Shown here in pieces: positions 47,403 through 57,073 of a DNA stretch of 64,000 nucleotides. Location of the stretch: assembly GCA_944376195.1 (NCBI GenBank), contig CALWBW010000005.1, positions 5,941 to 69,940 of the forward strand. The letters run 5' to 3'. Source of the DNA: an uncultured Clostridia bacterium (GTDB lineage Bacteria; Bacillota; Clostridia; Oscillospirales; QAMX01). The position numbers and the translations under genes were made by a program. How positions within the stretch are numbered: the first letter of the stretch is position 1; every line of letters starts with the position of its first letter. The notes beneath the pieces were generated by a model that was not told the DNA's origin, ran no database searches, and was given only the letters and a program-made list of their open reading frames with translations.

Positions 47403-48221
47403 ATGATAAAACGCGTCGCAGCGATTCATGATTTATCCGGTCTTGGACGATGTTCTCTGACTATCGCGTTGCCGGTACTCTCCGTACTGGGCGTGCAGTG
47501 CTGTCCGGTGCCGACTGCTGTGTTGTCTACACAGACGGACGGATACCAAGACTATTCTTTTACGGATTTGACTGACGCGCTCCCAGAATATATTGCGCAT
47601 TGGAAGAAAAATCAGGAGCGTTTTGACGCTATTTATACCGGTTTTCTTGGGTCTTCCAGGCAGATTGGATTAGTTTCGGACTTTATTGAGTCGTTCCGTA
47701 CGAAACAGACGCTGGTGCTGGTCGATCCCGTTATGGGGGATAATGGAGCCATGTATGACTCTGTGGACCAGACTATATGCGAGGGAATTCAGGAACTGGT
47801 ACGCCGTGCCGATATCATTACGCCTAATTTGACAGAGGCAGCTATTTTGCTCCAGGAGAAGGACGTTGCGCACGATGAGGAAACTTGGCTGGAGTGGGCA
47901 TCCCGCCTGCGAGAACTGGGACCGAAGACGGTTGTCATCACAGGAATCGACAGCGGTGACGGACGTGTGTGCGTGGCCTGCTGCGATGGAGATCATGCAG
48001 AGGCCATTTATGCTGCGCGCGTTGCGCGCGATTATCCTGGTGCAGGAGACCTTTTTGCAAGCGTTTTGCTGGGCAAATTGCTGCAAGGTACGGATTTATA
48101 TGAAAGCGTGCGTTGCGCGGCTGCGTTTATCACAGAATGCGCGATGCTGACCGCTAAGTTGAATACACCGGCACGGGAGGGATTGGCCTTCGAACCAATG
48201 TTGCCCCAACTCATAAAGTAA
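47403..48221 (+). CDS. pdxK: pyridoxal/pyridoxamine kinase
   Basis: ORF 47391..48221. ATG 47403 has GGAGG 5 nt upstream. MIKRVAAIHDLSGLGRCSLTIALPVLSVLGVQCCPVPTAVLSTQTDGY is a typical PdxK/PdxY N-terminus. GAGDLFASVL near the C-terminus. Confidence 0.85.
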   Translation: MIKRVAAIHDLSGLGRCSLTIALPVLSVLGVQCCPVPTAVLSTQTDGYQDYSFTDLTDALPEYIAHWKKNQERFDAIYTGFLGSSRQIGLVSDFIESFRTKQTLVLVDPVMGDNGAMYDSVDQTICEGIQELVRRADIITPNLTEAAILLQEKDVAHDEETWLEWASRLRELGPKTVVITGIDSGDGRVCVACCDGDHAEAIYAARVARDYPGAGDLFASVLLGKLLQGTDLYESVRCAAAFITECAMLTAKLNTPAREGLAFEPMLPQLIK

Positions 48222-48831
48222 GCATATCACAATTTAAAATCTTTGCAAGATCATCGATAGATTTTGCGGGAAATAATTTTGACGCTCCGCATATTGCGCA
48301 GGAAATCCGAAGAACGCCTTCATCATACGCTGCAGTAAAACGAAGGGAACCGCAGGAACAGGAAATTCTGTCCCGTGCTGCCAGATTTTGTGCTGCACAA
48401 AGCGCGTCTGCGGCGAGTGAGATGGTTTGCTTTTCTCCCTTAGACGTCTTTTGAGGCTGAATGCCGATTAGATGTTCAATAAATGCAGCAATCTCCTCGT
48501 CGGATTGCAAACTGTCCATATAGGTCAACCGTTCCGGCAGACCCGTGTAACAAGCTGCAATGTCAGTAATTTCACACCGCAGTGCAAAGGGCCCTCCGGA
48601 GAGCGCTTTGCTGAGCGGTACGCTGGTTTTGTGCCGTTGCCCGCAGACGGAACAGGGAAACTCTACAATGAGCTGTCCGGCGTCAATCCGGGCGGTAAGC
48701 GCACTTTCCCCACAGGTGCAGCGGCAAACATAGTGCTGTGTATACATGGGAAATAAATCAGCAGTTGCTGTAACCGGTTTTTCACACCGTCTGCAATCAT
48801 AAGTGAAGCCAATTTGCGGCCTTAAAAGCAA
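48211..48831 (-). CDS. uncharacterised Cys-rich protein (several CxxC/CxC pairs, probable zinc-ribbon modules)
   Basis: 206 aa, TTG start. Motifs CRRC, CRCTC, CSVCG, CSCG, CAICG. No domain I recognise. Co-directional with and 83 nt downstream of ogg. The 3' end overlaps pdxK by 11 nt. Confidence 0.55.
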   Translation of the reverse strand: MLLRPQIGFTYDCRRCEKPVTATADLFPMYTQHYVCRCTCGESALTARIDAGQLIVEFPCSVCGQRHKTSVPLSKALSGGPFALRCEITDIAACYTGLPERLTYMDSLQSDEEIAAFIEHLIGIQPQKTSKGEKQTISLAADALCAAQNLAARDRISCSCGSLRFTAAYDEGVLRISCAICGASKLFPAKSIDDLAKILNCDMLTL

Positions 48832-48914
48832 TGAAATCGCCCCATATCATCAATTTGCCGGTTTGGATTTTGGTTCCGCAGCACGGCAGTTTATTATATG
48901 CGGATATGGCTTGT

Positions 48915-49751
48915 CTAACTCATGGAAAAAAAAGAAGGATCCTGCCGGGCCTGATAAAAGAGATATTGCTGTGCAACGCCCGCGTAGGTTCCAAAGCAAG
49001 TGGACGGATCGAACGACTTCCCATAAAGTGACTGAACAGTACGTCGTATCCAGACGTCGACGGGAAAGACCTCCAGTTTTCCCAATCCATAGAGCAGGAT
49101 ACAGTTGGCGACTTTTTCTCCAATGCCGGGAAGCGCAAGCAGCTGTTTTTTTGCCTCTGCGGCAGAGCATTTTTGAAGGGCGCCAAGATCGAGTGCGCCT
49201 GTTGCGACGGCCCGGGCGGCTGCCAGAAGGTACGGAGCACGATATCCGCATCGCAGCACCGTACGCAGTTCTTCTTCCGTTAAGGCGGCAATTCGTTCCG
49301 GCGAAGGAAAAGCGTAAGCGGTTTTGTGTATGTTGTCGCCATAGGAATGGCATAGACGGGCAATGATTCCGCGGATACGTCGAATATGATTGCATTGGGA
49401 AAGCAGGAAAGAGCAAAGCGTTTCCCAGGGATCCTGGCGAAGGATTCGGATTCCCGCGCCGAAAGCAACCGCTTTTGCTGTTTTTTCATCGATGGAAACG
49501 ATATTGCGTATCCGGGCATAATCGCGGTCCAAATCAAGATAGGGGCGCCAAAGGCTGTGGAATTCAGATTCTGAGCAGGTAACCGTCAAGGCGCCGTCTT
49601 GAATGGACATACTGACTTCGCGTCCAAATGCAATGCCGCGATAGGTCTCCGGTCCGACAGGTTCCCAGCGAAAGCATTGCCCGCATTCAAATGTCTGTGT
49701 AAGTGAAAAGGTATCATGCAATTGATAGGTTGTCTTTTGCGTTGTATTCAT
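48915..49751 (-). CDS. ogg: 8-oxoguanine DNA glycosylase / DNA-(apurinic site) lyase (HhH-GPD, Ogg family)
   Basis: ...TFECGQCFRW..., HhH LLALPGIGEKVANCILLYGLGKLEVFPVDVWIRR containing the catalytic Lys/Asp context. Confidence 0.85.
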   Translation of the reverse strand: MNTTQKTTYQLHDTFSLTQTFECGQCFRWEPVGPETYRGIAFGREVSMSIQDGALTVTCSESEFHSLWRPYLDLDRDYARIRNIVSIDEKTAKAVAFGAGIRILRQDPWETLCSFLLSQCNHIRRIRGIIARLCHSYGDNIHKTAYAFPSPERIAALTEEELRTVLRCGYRAPYLLAAARAVATGALDLGALQKCSAAEAKKQLLALPGIGEKVANCILLYGLGKLEVFPVDVWIRRTVQSLYGKSFDPSTCFGTYAGVAQQYLFYQARQDPSFFSMS

Positions 49752-49791
49752 AGTTTTAATTCCAATCTGATTGACCGAAAGAGGTGTCTCA

Positions 49792-50508
49792 ATGAAAGAA
49801 ACGATTTACACCATCCCTGTGAATGAGGCGTTTGAGGAGAAGTGCGGCTGTCCTCTTTGCACGCTCCGACGGAAACTGGAGCACGACTCGGTCGAATATA
49901 TTATGGGCGCGGCGATGATGGAACCGGATGTTCGAATAGAAACCAATCGCCGCGGTTTTTGCAGCAAGCATTATGCGCAGATGCTTGGAATGAATGGGCG
50001 TTTGAGCCTGGCACTGACATTGGAGAGCAGGCTCGGAGAATTGCGCAATTATATAGAAAAAGAAGCTGTGCGGGGGTTTGGAAAGAAACTGGACATTGCG
50101 CGTGCGGCGGAATTGATGCGCGGGACGGCAAATGGTTGTTTTGTCTGTGAACGCATAGCGGGGTATGAAGAGCATTATTACAAAAACATCCTGCATATGT
50201 GGAAGAATATTCCGGAGTTTCGCGCTCTCTTTGAAGAACAGCCCTATTTTTGCCTGGAACATACGGCCGGCTTGCTTGCTCGCGCACCGGAAGTCCTTGG
50301 AAAACGCAACTTTGAAGAGTTTGACCGGGTTTTAATCGAAATTGTAGACCGTTATCTGAAAACACTCAATGAAGACGTGTCGGCATTTTGTCAAAGCTTC
50401 GATTACCGAAGCGCAGGAAAGCCTCTGGGCGAAGCACAACGGATTGCGCCGGAACGTGCGGTTGAATTTTTATCTGGCTATCGGGAAGAAGAGCCGGAAA
50501 AGAAATAA
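49792..50508 (+). CDS. DUF6062-like Cys-motif protein
   Basis: ORF 49771..50508. ATG 49792 has GAGGTG upstream. MKETIYTIPVNEAFEEKCGCPLCTL..., FCSKHY, NGCFVCERI, FCLEH resemble what I recall of DUF6062. Divergent from ogg with a gap of only 40 bp. Confidence 0.6.
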   Translation: MKETIYTIPVNEAFEEKCGCPLCTLRRKLEHDSVEYIMGAAMMEPDVRIETNRRGFCSKHYAQMLGMNGRLSLALTLESRLGELRNYIEKEAVRGFGKKLDIARAAELMRGTANGCFVCERIAGYEEHYYKNILHMWKNIPEFRALFEEQPYFCLEHTAGLLARAPEVLGKRNFEEFDRVLIEIVDRYLKTLNEDVSAFCQSFDYRSAGKPLGEAQRIAPERAVEFLSGYREEEPEKK

Positions 50509-50513
50509 AGGAA

Positions 50514-50558
50514 AAGAAACCGTTTCCAATCGGTACTGGTTGGAAACGGTTCTTTCTT
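50514..50558. terminator. hairpin terminator between the convergent DUF6062-like and polC genes
   Basis: AGAAACCGTTTCCAA-tcggtactgg-TTGGAAACGGTTCTTTCTTT. Confidence 0.65.
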
Positions 50559-50572
50559 TAACACGGAAAAAG

Positions 50573-53500
50573 TTACAGATCAAACATACTGATTTGATCG
50601 CTTTTGGGAAGGGCGTGAAGCGCCCCGTTTCGATCCAGAATTTCAATCACGGCCTTTGAAACTTTCTGACAGCGCAGGCTCAGATCTTCCGCGCTGGAAA
50701 ACGGTGCAAGCTCCCGCTCTCTGACAATATCCTGCGCAGCAGTCAGCCCCAGGCCGGGCAGAGAGGTGAGCGGAGGAATTAATGTGTTGCCGTCGATGAG
50801 AAAACTGGCGGCGTCGGAACGGTAAAGGTCGACCTGTTGGAAGGTAAATCCGCGCCGGTAGAATTCATAGACGACTTCCAGTGTCACAACAGTATCTTTT
50901 TCGTTTGCCGTGGCATCCGGTTTGTTGTTTAATTCGTGGTAGAGATTTCGGACTGCATCAATACCATGCGTCATGGTACCTGCGTCAAATCCAACTGCCC
51001 GGATGGAGAAATACGCGCTATAAAAGGGAAGCGGACAATGGACTTTATACCAGGCGATGCGGAATGCCATCATGACGTATGCCACGGCGTGCGCTTTAGG
51101 GTAGAGATATTTAATTTTTTGGCATGACTCAATATACCAGTCTGGAACCCCGTGTTCTTTCATAATATCTACGGTTTCAGGAATAATCCCCTTTCCCTTT
51201 CGAATTGCCTCGCTTGTTTTAAAAGAGAGAGAGGCGTCCATTCCCTTGGCAATGAGATACATGGTAATATCATCACGCGCACTGATGACTTCGTTCAGTG
51301 TTGCGGTACCGGCCTTAATCAAATCGGCTGCGTTGCCCATCCAGACATCTGTCCCATGAGAGAGCCCGGAAATACGAACCAGACCGTCAAAATTCTTCGG
51401 CTGGGTATCCAAAAGCATCTGACGGGCAAATTTCGTACCAAATTCCGGAATGGCAACTGCGCCGGTGACTCCAAGGAGTTCATCCGGTTCAAGCGGTTTC
51501 CCATCAACATCCTTCAGATGATGGATGTCGGTGAAAATGCCGATTGTATCCGGATCATCCAGTGGGATGGTGGTAGCTTTCACGCCCGTTAGATCCTCCA
51601 AATGTTTGATGATTGTCGGATTATCGTGACCAAGCATATCGAGTTTTAACAAGTTGTCGTGGATAGCATGGAAGTCAAAATGCGTTGTGATAATGGTGGA
51701 ATTCGGGTCATCCGCCGGATGCTGAATCGGGCAGAATTCGTAAATGGAACGGTCACGCGGGACGATAATCAGACCGCCGGGGTGTTGGCCGGTTGTTCTT
51801 TTGACACCGGTACAACCGATGGTCAAACGATTGATTTCGGCCTTGGAGACCTCCAATCCGCGTTCCTCCAAATATTTTCGCACATAACCATAGGCAGTTT
51901 TATCCGCAATGGTACCGATGGTGCCTGCCTTGAATACTTGTCCCTCACCGAAAAGCTCCACACAGTCACGATGCGCCTGTGTCTGATACTCGCCGGCAAA
52001 GTTTAAGTCGATATCCGGTTCCTTTTCCGCATTGAATCCAAGGAACGTAAAGAAAGGAATGTTAAATCCGTCTTTTCGATACGGCATTCCGCAGTGGGGG
52101 CAACATTTGTCCGGCATGTCTGCACCGCAGCCAAAAGTTTCACTGTGATCGAATTCAATGCTTTTGCAGGTATCGCAAATGTAATGCGGCGGAAGGGGAT
52201 TCACTTCTGAAATGCCGCAGAAATAGGCAACGACGGAAGAACCAACAGAACCACGCGAACCAACGAGATAACCTGCGTCATTGGATTTCTTGATGAGTTT
52301 CTGTGCGGTCATATACATCACGTCGAAACCATTATGAATAATCGGTTTTAATTCGGCGTCGATCCGGTCTGCAATTTCCTGCGGCAGGGGATCGCCATAG
52401 AGCTCCCGCGCATGGGTATTACAAATCCGTTGCAAGTCTTCCGCTGAGCCTTCAATGGAAGGCGGATACGTTCCCTCCGGCACCGGACGAATGTCCTCAC
52501 ATGCAGCTGCAATCCGGTTGGGATTTTCTACTACAACCTCAAATGCTTTCTGAGAGCCGAGATAAGAAAACTCCTCCAGCATTTCCTGCGTGGGTTTAAA
52601 ATAAAGCGGCGCTTGATTATCGGCGTCTGAAAAACCCTGTCCGGCCATTAAAATGCGGCGGAATACCTCGTCTTTCGGGTTTAAAAAGTGAACATCTCCC
52701 GTTGCAACGACTGGCTTTTGTAAACTCTGTCCGAGTTTTACAACAGTTTCATTGAATTCGCGCAATTCCTGCTCATCTTTTGCCGTCCCATCCCGCAACA
52801 TAAACATGTTATTGCCGATTGGCTGAATTTCCAGATAGTCGTAGTAATCGGCAATACGACGCAGCTCAGCCCACGGTTTTTTGGCAACGATGGCGCGGAA
52901 TAGTTCGCCGGCCTCGCAGGCGGACCCCAAAATCAGGCCGTCGCGGTAACGATCCAGCACGGAACGCGGTACAATGGGCCGTTTTTTAAAATAATTCAAA
53001 TGGGATTCGCTGATTAGTTGATAGAGATTTTTAAGTCCGGTATAATTTTTAACCAGAATAATGAGATGATGATAATGCACACGCCCGCCGGAAGCCAAGT
53101 CCCGAATGGCGTCGTTGATTCCCTGAATATCCCGGACGCCCATTTGTGCGAGCTGGGCAAAAAATTTCAATAATATGCGTCCTGTGACTTCCGCGTCATC
53201 ACAGGCACGATGATGATTGAAATCTCCAAGGCCCAGCGCGCGCGCCACGTCGTCCAGTTTATGATGACGTTCCTGCGGCAGGAGCGCACGTGCAAGAGTC
53301 AACGTATCAATGGAAGTAAAATCCCGTTCAATTCCCAATCTGGCGCAATCGTAATTCAGGAATCCGACGTCAAAAGATGCGTTGTGCGCGGAGAGCGGAC
53401 AATCCCCGATAAAATCCAGGAAACGAGGAAGAACCTGTTCTATTGACGCAGCATCCGCCACCATGGCGTCTGAAATACCGGTGAGTTCAGTAATGTTCGG

Positions 53501-54880
53501 CGGAATGGGTTTACCGGGATTTACAAACTCCGAAAAACGGTCGACGATTTCCCCATTGCGAATTTTTACGGCACCAATTTCAATGATTTCCTCTGTCGCC
53601 GGTTTAAACCCCGTTGTTTCAATGTCAAAAACGACAATATCTTCTTGCAGCGCACGTTTTTGAAAACCGTCCACGGCGCCGCCGGAATCATTGACGTAAT
53701 AGGCCTCTACGCCATAAATCACCTTAATTCCATATTTTTTTGCGGCTTTCATAGCCTCGGGAAAGGCCTGCGCAACGCCGTGATCGGTAATGGCAACAGC
53801 GGAATGCCCCCATTTGGCCGCTTGCGCAATTAATGAGGTAGGGGAACTCATCCCATCCATCAAACTCATGTTGGTATGTAAATGGAGTTCAACGCGTTTT
53901 TGTTCTGCGGTGTCCTGTCTTTCGTTACGTTGCGCACGAAGAATACAGCTGGGGTTTAGAATCATTTCCTTTTCGAAGTTGTTGTAAGTGAGTTTTCCCT
54001 GTACCGTTACGGTATCGCCTGCACGGATTGCATCCATTACAGGCTGCGCTTTGGCAACATCCAGGGAACGCGAGACGCGAATGGATCCGGTATAATCCGT
54101 CATATCGAAACTGAGGATTCCAAGCTCCCGGGAAGGGATGTTTTCTCTCGCTTTGGTCGTAATGATTTTATGCGCCGTGGCAAATACGTCGCCTGTCACG
54201 GATACATATCCGTAATCCAGATTCAAATCACCGATTTGCATGGGCGCGTCTTTCCCTGGTTTCCCAAAAATAACGCCGTCCTCCATCTTGACAGCTGCAG
54301 GAATAGCCGGTTGTTTCTTTGGCGAGGGTGCTGGTGCAGCCGCAGCCTCCTCTTTCATAATTTTTTGAAGTACTGCTGATTTATCAAAGGCAGAGGCCTC
54401 CGTACTGCCGCTGATAAACGTGACAGAGAGACGTTCCCCGTAACGGTCTGCAAGCATTTCTTCCAATTTCCGCTGACAACCGGCGTGCATCAAAAACTCT
54501 GCGCCTTCGCCGCGCAGCCGAACGGACAACGTGCCGTTTGTGCGGTTGATCTCTCCGACAGCGTCATTTAAAAATCCGTTGGTCGCGGGAAAAGCTGCTT
54601 TCAATTCCAGGAAAAGTTGTGGCAAACATGCAGGCGACAAAACAAGCTTCTGCGTATTAAGAGAAATAGAAAACTGATCGAGTCCATAAAGGGTCCGTAT
54701 GGCCAGTTCAACCTGTCCCAGAATTTCGGAAGAAACCGGCTTGTCCGAAGTCGCGTGGACGGTAATACTACGGCTTTGACGGTCTCCGGAAAGAGACTCC
54801 ACAAGCAGAGAGGAAGCCGTTTCTGCGCAACGTTCCTCTGGTTGATATAATTTAAAAATCCTCAAAAAAGGCGTGCTCAT
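50573..54880 (-). CDS. polC: DNA polymerase III PolC-type (Gram-positive replicative polymerase with internal 3'-5' exonuclease)
   Basis: ORF 50573..54901. ATG 54880 has AAAGGGGGA upstream and overlaps the ispG stop by 4 nt. PHP domain, exonuclease VVFDIETTG, polymerase core, 1435 aa. Confidence 0.97.
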   Translation of the reverse strand: MSTPFLRIFKLYQPEERCAETASSLLVESLSGDRQSRSITVHATSDKPVSSEILGQVELAIRTLYGLDQFSISLNTQKLVLSPACLPQLFLELKAAFPATNGFLNDAVGEINRTNGTLSVRLRGEGAEFLMHAGCQRKLEEMLADRYGERLSVTFISGSTEASAFDKSAVLQKIMKEEAAAAPAPSPKKQPAIPAAVKMEDGVIFGKPGKDAPMQIGDLNLDYGYVSVTGDVFATAHKIITTKARENIPSRELGILSFDMTDYTGSIRVSRSLDVAKAQPVMDAIRAGDTVTVQGKLTYNNFEKEMILNPSCILRAQRNERQDTAEQKRVELHLHTNMSLMDGMSSPTSLIAQAAKWGHSAVAITDHGVAQAFPEAMKAAKKYGIKVIYGVEAYYVNDSGGAVDGFQKRALQEDIVVFDIETTGFKPATEEIIEIGAVKIRNGEIVDRFSEFVNPGKPIPPNITELTGISDAMVADAASIEQVLPRFLDFIGDCPLSAHNASFDVGFLNYDCARLGIERDFTSIDTLTLARALLPQERHHKLDDVARALGLGDFNHHRACDDAEVTGRILLKFFAQLAQMGVRDIQGINDAIRDLASGGRVHYHHLIILVKNYTGLKNLYQLISESHLNYFKKRPIVPRSVLDRYRDGLILGSACEAGELFRAIVAKKPWAELRRIADYYDYLEIQPIGNNMFMLRDGTAKDEQELREFNETVVKLGQSLQKPVVATGDVHFLNPKDEVFRRILMAGQGFSDADNQAPLYFKPTQEMLEEFSYLGSQKAFEVVVENPNRIAAACEDIRPVPEGTYPPSIEGSAEDLQRICNTHARELYGDPLPQEIADRIDAELKPIIHNGFDVMYMTAQKLIKKSNDAGYLVGSRGSVGSSVVAYFCGISEVNPLPPHYICDTCKSIEFDHSETFGCGADMPDKCCPHCGMPYRKDGFNIPFFTFLGFNAEKEPDIDLNFAGEYQTQAHRDCVELFGEGQVFKAGTIGTIADKTAYGYVRKYLEERGLEVSKAEINRLTIGCTGVKRTTGQHPGGLIIVPRDRSIYEFCPIQHPADDPNSTIITTHFDFHAIHDNLLKLDMLGHDNPTIIKHLEDLTGVKATTIPLDDPDTIGIFTDIHHLKDVDGKPLEPDELLGVTGAVAIPEFGTKFARQMLLDTQPKNFDGLVRISGLSHGTDVWMGNAADLIKAGTATLNEVISARDDITMYLIAKGMDASLSFKTSEAIRKGKGIIPETVDIMKEHGVPDWYIESCQKIKYLYPKAHAVAYVMMAFRIAWYKVHCPLPFYSAYFSIRAVGFDAGTMTHGIDAVRNLYHELNNKPDATANEKDTVVTLEVVYEFYRRGFTFQQVDLYRSDAASFLIDGNTLIPPLTSLPGLGLTAAQDIVRERELAPFSSAEDLSLRCQKVSKAVIEILDRNGALHALPKSDQISMFDL

Positions 54881-55944
54881 GTTTGTCCCCCTTTTGCACA
54901 CTCCTCTGCCAGACGCAACAGGGAAGGAACAATTTCAGCAAAGGGAACTTTGTGTAAAATTTTACCGTTCTGGAAAAGCAAGCCGTCGGCGCGTCCGCAG
55001 GCAACGCCAAGATCGGCTTCCCGTCCCTCTCCGGGTCCGTTAACAGCACAGCCCATGACAGCGATTTTCATGGGAACTTGAATATGGGCGACTGCGGCTT
55101 CTACTTGTTCCACAAGAGGCAAAAGATCTACCTGGCAACGTCCGCAGGTAGGGCAGGCAATGACTTCCGGACGATCCCGGCGTGATCCAACTGCGCGCAG
55201 AATTTCAAGCCCGGCCAATACTTCCTGCACAGGGTCCGCTGCAAGTGAGACGCGGATGGTATCTCCGATCCCCATGGAAAGCAAACCGCCAATTCCTGCG
55301 GCAGCCTTCAACGTCCCCATTTGCAGTGTGCCGGCATGCGTTACACCCAGGTGAAGCGGATAGTCACAGCGCTCAGCCATATCGCGATATGCTGCAATGG
55401 TGGACGGAACATCAGATGCTTTTAACGAAACGCAAATGTCTGAAAAATCTTCTGCTTCCAAAAGCCGGACATGCCGCATGGCGCTTTCCGCCATGGCACG
55501 AGGAAGATTGTCCGGATACTGTTCCTGTAAATCCCGTTCCACAGAACCGGAATTCACGCCGATACGAATGGGAACTCCTGCATTTCGGCAGGCGTGTACG
55601 ACGGCGCGCACACGATCCTGACCGCCAATATTGCCGGGATTAATACGAATTTTGTCTGCACCTGCCGCAACGGATTCAATGGCGAGCTGGTAATTAAAAT
55701 GAATATCGGCAACAACGGGAATGGGAGAGACGGATTTAATATGATAAAGCGCACGGACAGCCTCCATATCCGGAACCGCGCATCGAACAATTTCACATCC
55801 CGCGTCGGCAAGACGTTGAATCTGTGCCACAGTTTCTGCAACGTTTCGGGTATCGGTATTGGTCATAGATTGTACGGTTACAGCGCTTCCACCGCCGATA
55901 CGAACGCCACCGACGGAGATCTGCCGCGAAAATCTACGTGTCAT
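54877..55944 (-). CDS. ispG: 4-hydroxy-3-methylbut-2-en-1-yl diphosphate synthase (flavodoxin)
   Basis: ...VGGVRIGGGSAVTVQSMTNTDT..., C-terminal 4Fe-4S Cys motif CPTCGRC...GC.VNGPGE. Confidence 0.95.
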   Translation of the reverse strand: MTRRFSRQISVGGVRIGGGSAVTVQSMTNTDTRNVAETVAQIQRLADAGCEIVRCAVPDMEAVRALYHIKSVSPIPVVADIHFNYQLAIESVAAGADKIRINPGNIGGQDRVRAVVHACRNAGVPIRIGVNSGSVERDLQEQYPDNLPRAMAESAMRHVRLLEAEDFSDICVSLKASDVPSTIAAYRDMAERCDYPLHLGVTHAGTLQMGTLKAAAGIGGLLSMGIGDTIRVSLAADPVQEVLAGLEILRAVGSRRDRPEVIACPTCGRCQVDLLPLVEQVEAAVAHIQVPMKIAVMGCAVNGPGEGREADLGVACGRADGLLFQNGKILHKVPFAEIVPSLLRLAEECAKGGQT

Positions 55945-56032
55945 AGGAAACCTCCTAAAAAATCGAGACTTTTGAGTCGAGAGAACCGAGGAAAAGGCGC
56001 TTTGCCAAAAAAAGCGCCTTTTCCATTACCTA

Positions 56033-57058
56033 TTACTGAATTAAACGCCAAATATCATTCGCAGTCACGACCAGCATCAGACCGAGCAAGAGCAACAAAA
56101 CGACGGCATTTACAATTCCTTCTACTTTACGATTCACTTTTCTGCGCACAATGGCTTCAATAATCAAAAATAGGATTCTGCCGCCGTCAAGCGCTGGAAT
56201 GGGGAGAACGTTCATGACTGCCAGGTTAATGGCAATGAAACCAGCAAGATACCAGAAAGACGTCATACTCTGTTGTGCTACGGTACTCATAGCGGCGGTA
56301 ATACCGACAGGGCCCGAGAGATCGTTCAGAGTAACATTGCCGGAAATAATGGTGCGAAGGCCGTCGAAAACCAGACGCACCATATTGATACTTTCAAAAA
56401 AAGCGAGCTTTAGCTTCCCGAAGAATCCCACGTCTTCAATCTGATAACGGAAACCGTAATAATAAACGCTTTCTCCGTTTTCCCAGTATTCCTGCGGTTC
56501 GATGTGGACGTTCTCCAGTTCTATTCGTTTTCCGTCACGCCGCACGACCACGTCAAAGTCATAGTCATCGGAACGTGCCAGCGCTGTGGAAATATCCGTC
56601 GTGAAAAAGATATGATAACCGTCTATGGAAAGAATCCGATCTCCTTCCTGAATGCCGGACTCACCGCCGCCGGTAAATTGATCCATCAGCGACTCCACAA
56701 CCGGAACTGCTGTTTGCTCAACCGGCGCATAAAGGCAAAGGAAAATACACAGGCCCATTAAAAAATTCATGAAAACGCCTGCAATCAGGATGAGAAAACG
56801 TTTCCATTTAGCCGCATGATAGAAAGCACGGGGATTTTCGGAATCTTCGTCTTCTCCTTCCATCACGCATTGTCCGCCAAAGGGAAGCGCCCGAATGGCA
56901 TAAACAGTTTCGCCGAGCTGTTTTTTTAAAATTGCCGGTCCCAGACCGATGGCAAATTCATTGACTTGAACTCCACAGGCTTTTGCTGCTAGAAAATGTC
57001 CAAGTTCATGTACAAAAATTAAAACAACAAAAATCAGAATGGCATAAAGAATGGTGAT
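56033..57058 (-). CDS. rseP: RIP metalloprotease RseP/RasP (M50 site-2 protease with PDZ domain); start codon unresolved and non-canonical
   Basis: The ORF track starts at GTG 56866. The same frame is open up to the dxr stop and encodes ..ILYAILIFVVLIFVHELGHFLAAKACGVQVNEFAIGLGP.., which is the HExxH zinc site and TM1. The only candidate starts are ATC 57064, ATC 57058 (7 nt after GAGGT), ATT 57052 and CTG. C-terminal NxxPxxxLDGG motif VMNVLPIPALDGG. Confidence 0.8.
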   Translation of the reverse strand: MTILYAILIFVVLIFVHELGHFLAAKACGVQVNEFAIGLGPAILKKQLGETVYAIRALPFGGQCVMEGEDEDSENPRAFYHAAKWKRFLILIAGVFMNFLMGLCIFLCLYAPVEQTAVPVVESLMDQFTGGGESGIQEGDRILSIDGYHIFFTTDISTALARSDDYDFDVVVRRDGKRIELENVHIEPQEYWENGESVYYYGFRYQIEDVGFFGKLKLAFFESINMVRLVFDGLRTIISGNVTLNDLSGPVGITAAMSTVAQQSMTSFWYLAGFIAINLAVMNVLPIPALDGGRILFLIIEAIVRRKVNRKVEGIVNAVVLLLLLGLMLVVTANDIWRLIQ

Positions 57059-57073
57059 AGTGATTACCTCGTT

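Noticed and set aside
56033-56866. The ORF-track version of the M50 protease, starting at 56866.
   Set aside because: It would lack TM1 and the HExxH zinc site, which are encoded in frame immediately upstream. I annotated the longer gene and flagged the start-codon problem.
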